NCBI RefSeq assembly: GCF_009914755.1
Contig: NC_060935.1
Reading direction: 5' to 3' (one strand)
Source: the human T2T-CHM13v2.0 reference genome, Homo sapiens
DNA length: 64,000 nucleotides
Shown here: piece by piece, positions 1-11,760 of the stretch
How the letters are laid out: each line of letters starts with the position of its first letter
How positions within the stretch are numbered: position 1 is the first letter of the stretch
Made by a program: the position numbers and the translations under genes
The notes under the pieces: model-generated
What the model saw: only the letters and a program-made list of their open reading frames with translations
Databases searched by the model: none
Told to the model about the DNA's origin: nothing

Positions 1-48
1 TGCAGCTGAAAATTCACATATAACTTATTTTTGAGACAAAGGATATTT

Positions 49-51
<3 letters not shown>

Positions 52-81
<30 letters not shown>
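52..81. repeat. (CA)n microsatellite
   Basis: About 15 AC units. Confidence 0.95.
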
Positions 82-85
<4 letters not shown>

Positions 86-169
86 GTTTGCTCACGGAAA
101 AGTTTAGAAACAATGACAAGTCAGTAGCAATGAGCACAATTCTTAGATGTGTCCGCTGTCTAAATATCA

Positions 170-1390
170 TTCTTTGACTAAAAGGAATCAGGATTCCTTG
201 GAGAAATAACTGATTCCAGGTATGGGGGCAGGAAAATACAATGTAAACATAGATATCTTCTTGTGACATGAAATACAAAAGAGCTTAAAAATTAATGAGA
301 ATATATTAAAAGGATACAGGAGCCACTCTGAAGGGGTTCCCACTGGCCAAATCCGATGGTAATGAAACATACCATACTGAACCCATTGTAATTTTCTAAA
401 AAAAAAAAAAAAAGAGGGGGAAGAGTAGGGAAGGCAAGCTCTTCTTTATTCAGAAATGCCTCTACCCAAGTAGAGGAATTACAGAATTAGAAAATCACAG
501 TTTTATAACCACGGACATAATATTTGATTCAGACAAGGTTTACCAATGCTGCTCAATCCATTAAGTAAAGGGCCATTAGAGAACAAGATCTTCAGGCTCA
601 AAACTAAAGAAGACAGAGGGCTCTTCACAACGAAGTTTGCTCACAAGATATGTATACACAAGGTTACTTATTAATTATAAAGGGACAAAAATGGAGAACC
701 CTACAAATTCACCTACACTCAGTAACTAAATTTATATCTTGAACCAAGGATCAAGCTAGTAATAGGGCAAACTGATATTATGTCCCTCTTGAGGCAGTGT
801 TACAAGGAAGTTGGCAGTATCAGCTATGCAGGGTTCTTGCAAAAGATGTTTAATCTGAACTGAACCATGAGGAAATGATCAAACAATTTGTAGAACTACA
901 GAACATTCTACAAAAGAGCAGGTGGATTCATCAAAATGTCAATGCCATAAAAGATACCCCTTAAAAACTCCTTAAAGAAAAAACAGGTGGCAAGCAGGGT
1001 AATGGTTCTAGATTAAAAGAGACTAGAGACCATATCCAATGTGTGATCTCTGATAGATTCTGCAGCAGAGAGAACAAAGTAACTGGGGAAATATGAACAT
1101 AGACTATATAATTTCAATGTAATAATGGTATTGCGTGTGCCCAGGAAAATGTCTTTATTCTTAGGCGCTACATGCTGAAGTATTCATCATGATGCAATGT
1201 GCTTTCATGTGGCTTAGGGAAGAAAAAAGATGAGTATGTGTGTATACATTATTGAGAGAGAGAGAGAAAGCAAATGGGGAAAATGTTAACAGTTGATGGA
1301 TCTAGGTAAAGTAAATACAAGTATTCATTGTATTCTTCTTTCAAGTTGCCTGTGGTTTTGAAATTTTTTGAAATAAAAGTTGAGGGAAAA
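170..1390 (+). mobile_element. Old L1 (L1ME/L1MC-type) 3' region
   Basis: Typical old-L1 3'UTR motifs (ttacttattaatta..aaaggg; aaaatgttaaca..gatctaggtaaag..tattcattgta..aaataaaagttg). Confidence 0.65.
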
Positions 1391-4300
1391 ATAGACTAGA
1401 ACCTTCTGAAAGACAAAGATGAACCTAACACAGTGTCTGGTATAAAAGCAGATACTCAATTTTAAAGTCATTTTTAAATGCTCATTTTTCTACCAAATGT
1501 CTTATGGGTTAGCTACAGAAACACCATTTCTTTATTAAACATAGTATATAAAATATAAAAAACTGCATGAAACAATATGTCCTTTCTGTATTAGAAGACC
1601 CAGAAATTAGAGATTATAATCATTGTCAGTTTCCCCAAGATTACAAAATGATTCCATTTACTTATCAAAAAACATTCAACTCCAGTTAGGATCTTGCTGT
1701 CACGGTGTTCTTCAGTTTCACCTTAGAGATGACTGAGTACATCCTGAATTAATCCTTTTTACATAGTATTTTCTTTTTCAGTATTCCCTAATGTGGAAGA
1801 CTTACAAAAGTTATTATTATTAGCAGTAGCCAGAGAAATAACCCCCACCACTAGGTATTGCTGTTTTAATAAAAGTGATTGATAAATAGAGATAGGTAAA
1901 TAGGCAGAAAACACTTCCTACTTAAGAGTGTTCATATATATTATTTTATTTTTGCCATCTTGTAAAGTAAGCAGTTTGATTAAAGCACTGGGTTTTACTA
2001 TCCTGTAATCTTAACTGGGTATTCCACTTGCCAACCTGGCCCAGAGATGGAGAGATTTGCTTCAGGAAAGGGAAATAAACAGCAACTAACAATTATGTGA
2101 TTACTAACAAAACTAAAGAAGACAGAGAGCTCTTCACAATGAAGTTTGCTCACAAGATATGTACGTACAAGGAAAAGTGAAATTCAGTGTATTTAAGCTA
2201 ATCTCTACTTGAACCTTTTAAAAGATAAAACCATTTGAGCAGTAATTTAGTACTAAATTAACTTGGTTTTTTTCTCCCTATCTTTGAAGTTTTCATTGTT
2301 TAAATAAGGGTTTCTGCAAGAAAAATGAAGCAATGCTCCTTTTTTATTCAAAAGAAGAAATCAAGGGGATGACTTGTAACATCCAGGAGGCTGGATTTAT
2401 ACAGCCATATTCAGCAAAGAGCCAAATAAATATATACCACATAACCCATTCCCCAAAACTGTCCCAAAATACTTCAAGATAATCAACTTTTAAAATCACT
2501 GTATTATCATGCTGCATAGCCTTTTTCTACTAGCAAGAACTGAACTCTGAAGGGAAGGGTGTCAGGCAAGCAAAAAAGGAAGGAAGAACTCTGGCAGATA
2601 TTGCTCCCAGATAAAGGCTTTGAAAAGATCCTTACGATAACAAATTTAGCAGGTAGACTGAGAAAGAAAGGTTTCATTTTTTTGTTTCTTGAGCCAGTGA
2701 TAATCCACCCTCTATGTTATCTACCAAAATGCAAAATGTAACTAAATTCCTAGACCTGTCCCGATGCTGGCCTGGCAGTGACTGATGGCGGTAACTTCAT
2801 TTAGCCAGGCAGCTCTGCTCCCAAAGTCAAACGTGTTGAAAACACTAGCTAATAAAGGCCTGGGTTTTAAAGCACTTCCCTTCCATCTCTCTGGGTAGAT
2901 TTTTTAGGATTTATTTTATTTTATTTATTATTTTCTGGTAACTAGGTAACTACACGCACCAGACACAAGCACCAAATACTCCTCTAAGGTGGTGGTATCT
3001 CTTGGATCATCTTCAGAGGAGCCAATCTCATTCACCCCAAGTCAGCAGTTCCACATGAGGCCCTCTGACTGTGACCCTTAAAAAGTCTTCCTACTTCTAA
3101 AGGACTTCACTTTTTGTCTGAAAGTCTTACTTTGACAGCTTGTAATTTGTTTAGTCAATTACACAATTTTCATGCTGTAGGAAATCCCCATATTCAAATA
3201 CAAACTACCAAATGGAGACAATACATTTTCATGAATGTATTGTTTTAAATTTTCACGAAAATCATGGCCATAATATCAACACAGTTTGGCTTAGCATCAA
3301 GAAACATAATCATGTATAAACCTGTGAAGTCAAGAAAGAAACTTGTGGGTTGAGGTACCTTTTAGGTAAGTATGTGTTAGTTAAAATGAAAGATGTAAAA
3401 GGAAGGTGTTTATTCTCAATGTAGGCAAAGAGAAATCAGCCATCCTACACCTACAAACCAAGACAGTTAGTTAAGGGAAAAAAGATAAAGAGAGTATTTT
3501 ATGCAAAGGTAACCAGCTGAAGGCTGATAGGCAGAACCACTTTCTTCCTCAGTTTCACTGGAGAATCATCAGTCTTCCAGTCCCATCAGGATTAAGCTGA
3601 AAAGTAATAAGAAATGAGGGCAATAGAGAGGGAGTGGGAGAGCAATTGAGGAAGAACAACCTAAAGACAAAACAGTGTGGAGTTTGAATCTGATGCAAGA
3701 AGTAAGAATTTGAGATTAGGTTTCTGAATGGGAAATGTTATGATCCTGTCCTGAAAAGAATTAGAATTGCAGTAGCTAGCAGAGGACTAGAGTAGGGGGA
3801 ACTGGCTAGGAGCCTCCTGTTAGCAAAACACAGTTTGGAGAGGGCACTGATGTTTCCAGAGAATGTCACTTAGAAACAATCAGCCCCATTTTATTTCAGT
3901 GCAAGCAGGAAAGCTAAGGAGGGGAAAAAAGACTCCAAATTTAGGGGCCTTGGAGACCAGGATGTCAATGGTGTCATTGGTAATAATGGAGACTTTGAGA
4001 AAAGTTGATACCTACTGCAAAAAGATTAAAGGTTCAAATTTTTTAAACGTTAACTTTTAGGTTAATCCCAGCCAAGTGGAGATATGGCACAGACAATGGG
4101 AGTCAGGGAACTGGAGAACCCTTTGTTTTCAGGCAGATTCTTCCCACCTCCTCTAGGGACGGCATAACTCAATTCCAACTAGACACTGCAGTCCAGTGCT
4201 GGACAGCCAACGAGGAATCAGAGCACCTACCTTCCCAAGGAAGTCTGCCAAGAGCAAGATACTTATTCTAGGCATTTTTAAAAGTCTATGTCACTGGAAT

Positions 4301-7300
4301 ATCAACTTCAAACACTGAGTAGCATTTAAATATATATCACAGCACTTTCATTTCAAGCCTATTTAACATTTCTGAAATACCTAGATCAAAATGTTAGGTC
4401 AAATGCCTGTATTCCAGTAAAACATCTACTAAAAGAAAAAATTTCTCCCACCTTATCTCCCTTAAGATAATCACCTCATTCAAGACACCTGTCAGTCATA
4501 ACAGGTTTTTCTCAGTGCTGGGTTTTTCTCAACCTTAACACCAAGTTTCTTTTGAGTAATAATAAAGGCCACACGTCATTTGAGCTGTGCATTTGTATAA
4601 ATATCTACATCGCCCTTTTTTCTAACCCTAGTTCAAGGCCAACTGCACCAAAGCTTTTGAGAACCAGCACTTGGAAGATCTTCAAAGAGAAACTGCCCAT
4701 TAACCACAACAGCAGCTGCTGGCTAGAGCCTGCAATTTAAATCTCTGAAAAAGAAACTGTGGCTTCTGAAATTTAAACAAGGAGGTGCCACTTGTAATTA
4801 CAAACATTCCAGTGGGTTCCTTCCTTCATTGATGGTTTCCAAACTAAGGCTTTTTATTCGATTTTGCTGGTGCTCCCCAAATCGTGAATGTAGGCATTCC
4901 TTTGTGCTTTTCTTGTGCCCTGGTCAACTCAGAGGGGGCGGTGCAGGGGGCAGGTTTTCACCTGTCCAGGGCCATTCGGACCCCTCAAAATCATCTCATG
5001 CATAATTCCCTGTTTGTCTGGAAACAAAAAAACCAAATGTTAAATGCTTCAGATTTATAGTCCATATTTAATGAAATTTTTGAGAAAGAGCCTCAAAAAA
5101 AAAAAAAAAAACCCTCACATTTCATGAACCTTGGAAAACGGAACAATTTTCAGAAAAACCAAAGACTTTTTGAAATTAACACTGAAGCATTCCAACATTT
5201 CTAGCTGAAGTTAAAAATTCACATTTTAAATCAATGGAGCAAATATTAAGAAGTAAAGGTAGTAACCTTTTCTCTCCCCACCATCCTTCACCACCATCCC
5301 ACAAAAATAAGGCCCAAATACTTACAGCCTGATGCATGAGTTTCCCACACCAAAGAAGGCATTTTGTGATCACTTCAGTTACAGAATAGCGGCTGAAATT
5401 AGCACTTAGCCAGTTCGAAATGGAAAGAGACATTTTTATTTTAAGCAATATATTCACAAAATGCAAAGGTATTTATACCATGGAGGCCTTTAAAGACAAA
5501 TATACGAATGGGGTATCTCATAGTCATCAAACTAACATGAGCCTTTCCTACAGAAGTCCTCACATGGACGGTAATCATTATGGGAACAATTGGAAATGGC
5601 CAGTCTCGCCAACGGTGCTTTCCAGCGCACGCCACAGTTGAGGGACTAGCTACAATTACTGCATATTTACACAACTGTATTTGCACAACAATAAAACTCA
5701 TCTTATCCGATCCAAACAAAACCTTGCTCAAAATAAACCAAACCATAGGAGAAGGTCTCCTCAGTAGAAGCAATAATCGTGCTGTAGCTTCTCTGGCCTC
5801 TGCCTTTGCTTTCACCAACTGCAACAAGCCTTCATTCTCTCTTCCTCAGTAAAGCTAAGGCAAAAATTCGGTACATCCAGGTGAGAATACTGTGCGTACG
5901 GCCAGATAATAATACTGTGATAAGGAGTGGAAAAAGAGGGGCTGTATCTTAGAAATCATTCTAAAAGTAATTATGGAAGAAATGATAGGATGTTCAGGAT
6001 TTATTTAAAGTAATCTGAGGAAAGGAAGAAGCACAGAGGGGATAGAGCGACCAGGGGTGGATAATTATTGAAACTGGGTGATTTGCATGCATGGTTAAAT
6101 ATGGTATTCTTCCCACTTTGTATACATATTTGAAATTTTCCATAATAAAATGGGAAAAAAGAAAAATCTGATCAATGTAAAAAAAAAAGTCATCCTTCGA
6201 AAATAAAACTTTTTTTTCTTTAAAAAACAACAAAAAAAATTCTCAGCTTTTTCTTGGTTTCATGAAAAGAGGCAAGTTCCTGGTAAGAAAATCAAGCTCT
6301 GTTCTTGTTCTTAAGAACATTTCCTTTTTTCCTTAGTTATACAGAACCAGTTCTACTGCTAATATTAATCCTTGAAAAGACAAATAAAAAACTGTAGAAA
6401 TCTAAATCTGAGCCTTCAGAAGCCTGGTTTTTGCATATCAGACTTATTCCAATGACACAAATCCAGATTTCTCCCCTATGAAGGTGCTTTGGATGACATT
6501 TCTGTTGCGGCTGCCAAATAAATTCCAGAGGTTTCAGGATCATTTGTCAACACCAAAGACAATATTACCAAGAACTGGTCCTTTCTTCCCAGAGGTCACT
6601 CCTCTGATCCATGGGTTTATTACCTAGAGCAACAATTAATCTTGCTGCCTTCAAAATACAAAATATTTTTAGCCAAGATAGTGTCTATTCATGATCCATA
6701 TCTCTGACCAGGCATCCTTGCCAGGAGGCGGAACAGAAGGTCCACTGGCTGGACATCAAGGGACCTGTCCCTATCCAGGATCTGTCGTTAACCTAGCCTT
6801 AGTTCAACTGCAGAGTAAGATTCTTCCCTCCCTGGCCTTCGGCTACTTTACTTCAAAATGGGATTTCACCAGATGATTTCTAATATCTTTCCCCTCTCAA
6901 AAATTCCATGATTATAAGAATCTCTAATTCCTCAAAAGGTAATATTTTTAAAAACAGCTTTAGTCCCAAAATGTTACATTTTCTATTACATAATTTTTAA
7001 TGTGAATATGAATATTGTATGTGGGCAAGTTTTTGTATCCTGTGCATATATATGTATATATAAGTATGTATATGTATGTATTTGTATCACTACTTATACA
7101 TACACACAAACACACACACACTGATACCATTAGGTGCTTATATGGGACTAATTGCTTCCAACTCAAAGCAGCAAATTTTCAATTCTGCAACAGATGTCGC
7201 TGTGTGATTTCTCCTTTCTGTGCTGGATTTTCAGTTAAAAATGCCCAGCATAATGGTCAAAACTATTCTTCCCAAGAAAAACGTACAGCATTTGAATCCT

Positions 7301-10300
7301 TTGGATTTATTTTGAATTTTCTTCATCTGCTGGTAAATTTCCATTCAAATTATAGCATTGATTAGTTTGGCCCAATTTAAGAGAATCCCCACATTAAAAT
7401 GCACCTTTTGCTAAAAACAGACACACACACACACACAAAATCATTTCTAAAATGTAAATTCTAAGTGACCAATTAGGCATTAAAATGTCACGTACAGAAA
7501 TCCCAAGAGAATGAGACAGTTTATATTCATAGCAATCTTATCAATTTTTAAAGCCTAAAAATCATTTAGCAATATAGGCCAAGGAATAATAAAAATTCAC
7601 TTATGTATGAGACTAAAATGTACCAGGTGTGGGAAAAAGTCACTAAAAACTCCAAGAGCACCATCAATAAGAATACAATTTTTGGATGCTGGTTTTCACA
7701 GCATTTCTTTCCAAATAAATAATAAGGCTAATGTTATAATTGCAAGACATCTTACCAATCTGACATTCACTATCAACCACTTCTTGACACATGTCATAGA
7801 AAAGTGACATCTCTTTCCCTTCAACCAATATATCCTCCAACAACATCAACCTCAACAGGTAGCTAGCATTGTCTTCTGTTGAAATTTAGAGCTGGAAGAA
7901 AGGATTTCACAATCTCTCTGTGGAGACCCAGGAATCCGTTACCTTCTGGGATTTTAGAGAGTGTGGAGAGAGATGAGCAGGCAGTGAGCCGGGGACCAAC
8001 TCCGATAAGAATATGAAGTCAGGAAGTGAGAGAGGAAACGAAAGTGTCCTGCCTGTTGGCGTCTTCCCTGTCCCACTCCCCTTTACCAGGAGGGCCATTG
8101 GGGAAAACTGGATAAAGCATGTACAACATCCATATGAATAAAGCTCTTTGTTCCAGAGAACTGCCTGCTCTTTTATTCCCCCCCTTTTTCGTATTTGTTC
8201 ATTTCAAAAGATTGCTCAATGGGTCTCTTGTTCCTCCAAAACGTCCCAGGCAAATAATGCAAGCTTGTCTCGTCACACAAGTCACTAAATGAAGCCTTGT
8301 GCGTCTCCAGTGACACACTGTAAATATAAAGTGGCATTAATGAGGGATATTTTATCAAATCTATCACAGACAAGTGCAAGTCCCTACTGCGGCTATTCAA
8401 TCTGATGCAGGGAAAGGCAACAATAACAGGGCGGCACTTTTGTAAAGTCTCTATCCCCGGTTTGCAAGCCCCAACAGGCCAAAGCAAGCAAAAGTCAGCC
8501 CCCCTCCTTCCCATCACCACCATAAATCCCCCATCCACCAGCCATCTTCTCTAATCCTGAAAATGATAAGAGGGGGGTGATCAGCTACTGGTTCACTCGG
8601 GATCGTAAACAACATCATGCATGCACCTTGAACGTATAACAGGCGTGATTAACACTGTGGAGTGAGCTTAAGCAAACCCATTTTTACTGCATTTCATTAA
8701 CATCCATTTCATCCAAACATCACAGGAGAAATGAGAGGAGATTTTCTGCGGGGGATGGATGGCTTCAGTTACAGGAGAAAACAGAACCAGGACCCACGCA
8801 CGATGGTCCTAATTCGCTTTCCCAGCAAGGATGTAAACGAAACAAGCCTAATGAAGTCAGATGCACCAACAGGTTTCTTTAACCCTGGGAGTGGGAACTG
8901 GAGGCCTCTGAGAAAGCTTAAACAGAACTGAGGAGGAAAAGTCCCTTGGTGCCCACCTGAAATTTACCCCTGGGGTATGGGACCCCGGAATGAGCCAAGA
9001 CCTCCTCTCAAACTCACCACGAAATATATATATATGCATTAAGAGAAAAAAATTAAGAAAGTCATCTCATCTCCTCACTACAAATCATACCCAATTACTT
9101 TCTAATTTGAACACAATCTGATAACCAGCATACAAACAGGGATGTACACAAGAGCAAGAAGCTGCTTCCATGGTAACTGGCAACAGAATTTTCATGTAGC
9201 TTTGACATGCACGGTTGAGTTCCAGACCGCTCCTAAGTCAGCATATATCCCTCGCAGGGAAGGCAACTTCTCACCGCGAGATAGTTACAAATATAGTACC
9301 GTTGCTACTACCCGGTGCCTTCAATGAGCAGTCTTGACAGGGGAGGCATAATCTAATCCTACTTCTGCTGCCAAGCGTCATTGCACGACTCCCATTTTTA
9401 GTCAAAAAGCAATATCCCCGACCACAGCTTTCCACCGCCCCCCGGCTTTTTTTTTTTTTTTTTTTTTTTTTTTTGCAGCCAATACAAGTCTATTGTTGCC
9501 TCTATTATGCGCCAGTTACCGAGCCTTTACTCACGCTCACGTTTAACTGACACTGGCGCTTTTTACAATGCAGCAGCACGAGGGATCTCTTTCAGGAACA
9601 TTTTATTGAACCCATCCAGTCAGAGGCATCACCTGAAATGAAGTTGTAACCACACCGGCATCGGCTGAACCCAATTATCTCGTAACTCATAAATTAAGAA
9701 TTCACAGAGGAAAAACACATAAACAACATCCGGAGACAGTGGCATGGAGGAAAAAAACCCTCAGAGCTGGAATTGACGCTGCTGCCAGACGCCCCCCAAT
9801 AGGTTTCCCAAGCCGAGCTCCTTTGCAAGCCTATTTTGGGGGCAAGCAGCCAACCCGGCGTCCCCCAAATCTCAAGCTAGCACCCCCACACATCCCCCGT
9901 CTCCTACAGCGTGTCTCCTGCGGTGTTTACATAACTGTGTGTCCTCTAGCGTGTAAACAAAAGGCACAGCCCAAGCGGAGAGGCGCCCCTGAAGCAGCAC
10001 CGTGGCCCCAACGCTGTGCCCGCCCGGGCCTGGGGCTCCGCAGGTGGGGGCTGAGCTCTCGGCGTCCTCCGCCACTTGTTGCTCCCGGGTCCTGCAGCTC
10101 TGGAGCTGCAAGGAGGGGCTTTGCAGGCTCAGAGCCCTGCTGCATCCCCTCCTGCATCGCCGCTCGCACCCCGCGGCCCCGTGCCACTCGGTCCCGGCGC
10201 CCGCCTGGAGCCTGCAGCAGGGGCCAGAGGACGCCGCGCGGCTGCCAAGCGCGGCGAGGTGGCGGGAAGGGAGGCTGGGTGCAGCACAGCCGGCCTCTCC

Positions 10301-11389
10301 GCTGAGGAAGAGCTCCGGCTCCCTTTTGTTAGCAAAAGCAAACACTGCCCTCTTCTTTCCCGACCGCGCCAACGCGCCCGGCACACGGGCAGCCACACAT
10401 CGGGCTCCAGCCGAGTGCTCGGTGTCTTCAGGGAAGGCACCGGGCGTGCAGAGCCGCCCCTGGGCAAATTCCCAAGACTGCTCTTCACGCAGGGAGCGCG
10501 CGGAGGCCCGCAGGGTGCCCGCCTGGCCGCAGAGGCCGCGACGCCCCCTCCGCCACCCTCGGGCCGCCGAAAGAACGGGCAGCCGGGAAATCCCGTGTCC
10601 CCACTCGTGGCAGAGGACGCTGTGGGGCGGGCGGGCTGCGGGCTCCCGGCGCCTTCCCGCAGAGGCGGCGACAGCGGCCGCCCCCCCCGCGGGGCCGGGC
10701 CGGGGAACTTTCCCCGCCTGGAGCCGGGCCAAAAAGACCCGCAGCAGAGCCGAGGGGGCGGAGGGCTGCGAACGGCCGGAGGGAAACACGAGAGGCGTGC
10801 AGTTTGGGGACAGGGGAGAAAGGCAGAGCGCGTTGGGGGAAGGGGCAGGGGAGATCAGACAAGTCTGGGGATGTCCTGGGGACCGGGGAGAAATCACGCC
10901 GCGGGCGGCTGGGAGTCAGCCACCAGGAGGCTTCGGGGATGGAGAACTGGGGGGGCCCTCTGGAGAGGTGGGGGCGAATGGACAGCCCTGGGAGGTGGGA
11001 GGACCTGCAAGTTACGGGGAGAACGGCGAGTTTAGAAGGGTCCGGAAGGGTTGAGGTTGTCTTTGAACCATCCCCTTCCCCCATGCTTTACAGCCCCCGG
11101 GCCCCCCATTCTCACTCCACTCTGCACCCCGCGCCAAGCCGGGGAGAGAAGGTGTGGGTGCAGCCATCCCTGGGGACTCTCATTCACACTTAGCCGGGCA
11201 GGGGAGAAGGGGCTCACAGATGCCCTCAGCCCCTTCCCTCTCAGCCCTGAGTTTCCTCTCCACACTCCCTCCGCTTCGGATGTAGGAAGTGGGGGGAGGT
11301 TGTCATGGAAACGTTTCCCCCCTCTGTGGCCAAGGCTACTGGGGTGCCTTCGGAGATTTAGGGGCCAACCGGTCGGTGCCCACACCTAC

Positions 11390-11513
11390 CTGTGGGGATC
11401 AGTGCCGCGGCGGAGAAGAGCAACAGCAGAAGCCGGAGCCGGAGCCCGGGAGGCGCCGCCGCCGCCGCTGCCGCCGCACACTGGGATCCGCTCGGCAGCA
11501 CTACACTCGCCAT
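11390..11513 (-). CDS. CADM1: Cell adhesion molecule 1, coding part of exon 1 (signal peptide; 124 nt, phase-1 donor)
   Basis: The minus strand reads gcccgacATGG (strong Kozak) then [41 protein letters not shown]+G, matching the known CADM1 N-terminus. It ends at the donor CAG|GTAGGT and lies in a CpG island. Read-through into the intron stops after 51 aa, below the ORF-track cutoff. Confidence 0.97.
11454..11477 (-). repeat. CADM1: (GCG)2 GCA (GCG)5 poly-alanine-coding tract (Ala8) in the CADM1 signal peptide
   Basis: Read directly from the sequence. Confidence 0.9.
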
Positions 11514-11760
11514 GTCGGGCACCTGCCTCAGACTGGCGGCGTTGGCTGCCTCCGGAGCCCGAGCGGACAGCTAATGAGATGCTAATGACATGCGCTGGAG
11601 GCGGAGTCCGGGCAGACCAATCACAGCGCCGCGAGCCCAACCCGGCTCTCGGAGGGCCTCGCTCCCTCCCCCACCCCGCCCCCTGGCGCTGGCGTTCGGC
11701 GGCGCGCCCGCGCCACCTAGGGGCGGGGCCAAGGGGAGGGGCGTATGCAAATATGTTTAT
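11514..11760 (-). promoter_or_regulatory. CADM1: CADM1 5'UTR and TATA-less core/proximal promoter
   Basis: CCAAT box 11617-11621; GC boxes 11674-11682 and 11720-11729; octamer ATGCAAAT 11745-11752; CTCF-like motifs ~11676-11692 and ~11710-11726. The exact TSS cannot be determined from sequence. Confidence 0.75.

Larger units (their letters stand above)
1..11389 (-). other. CADM1: 5' portion of CADM1 intron 1
   Basis: Starts with GTAGGT at 11389 on the minus strand. No exon-2 sequence (DGQNLFTKDV...) is seen in the window. Confidence 0.9.

Noticed and set aside
5441-5827. 128-aa minus-strand ORF with hydrophobic stretches in intron 1
   Set aside because: It has a non-ATG start, no resemblance to CADM1 exons or any protein I recognise, and no clear splice signals.
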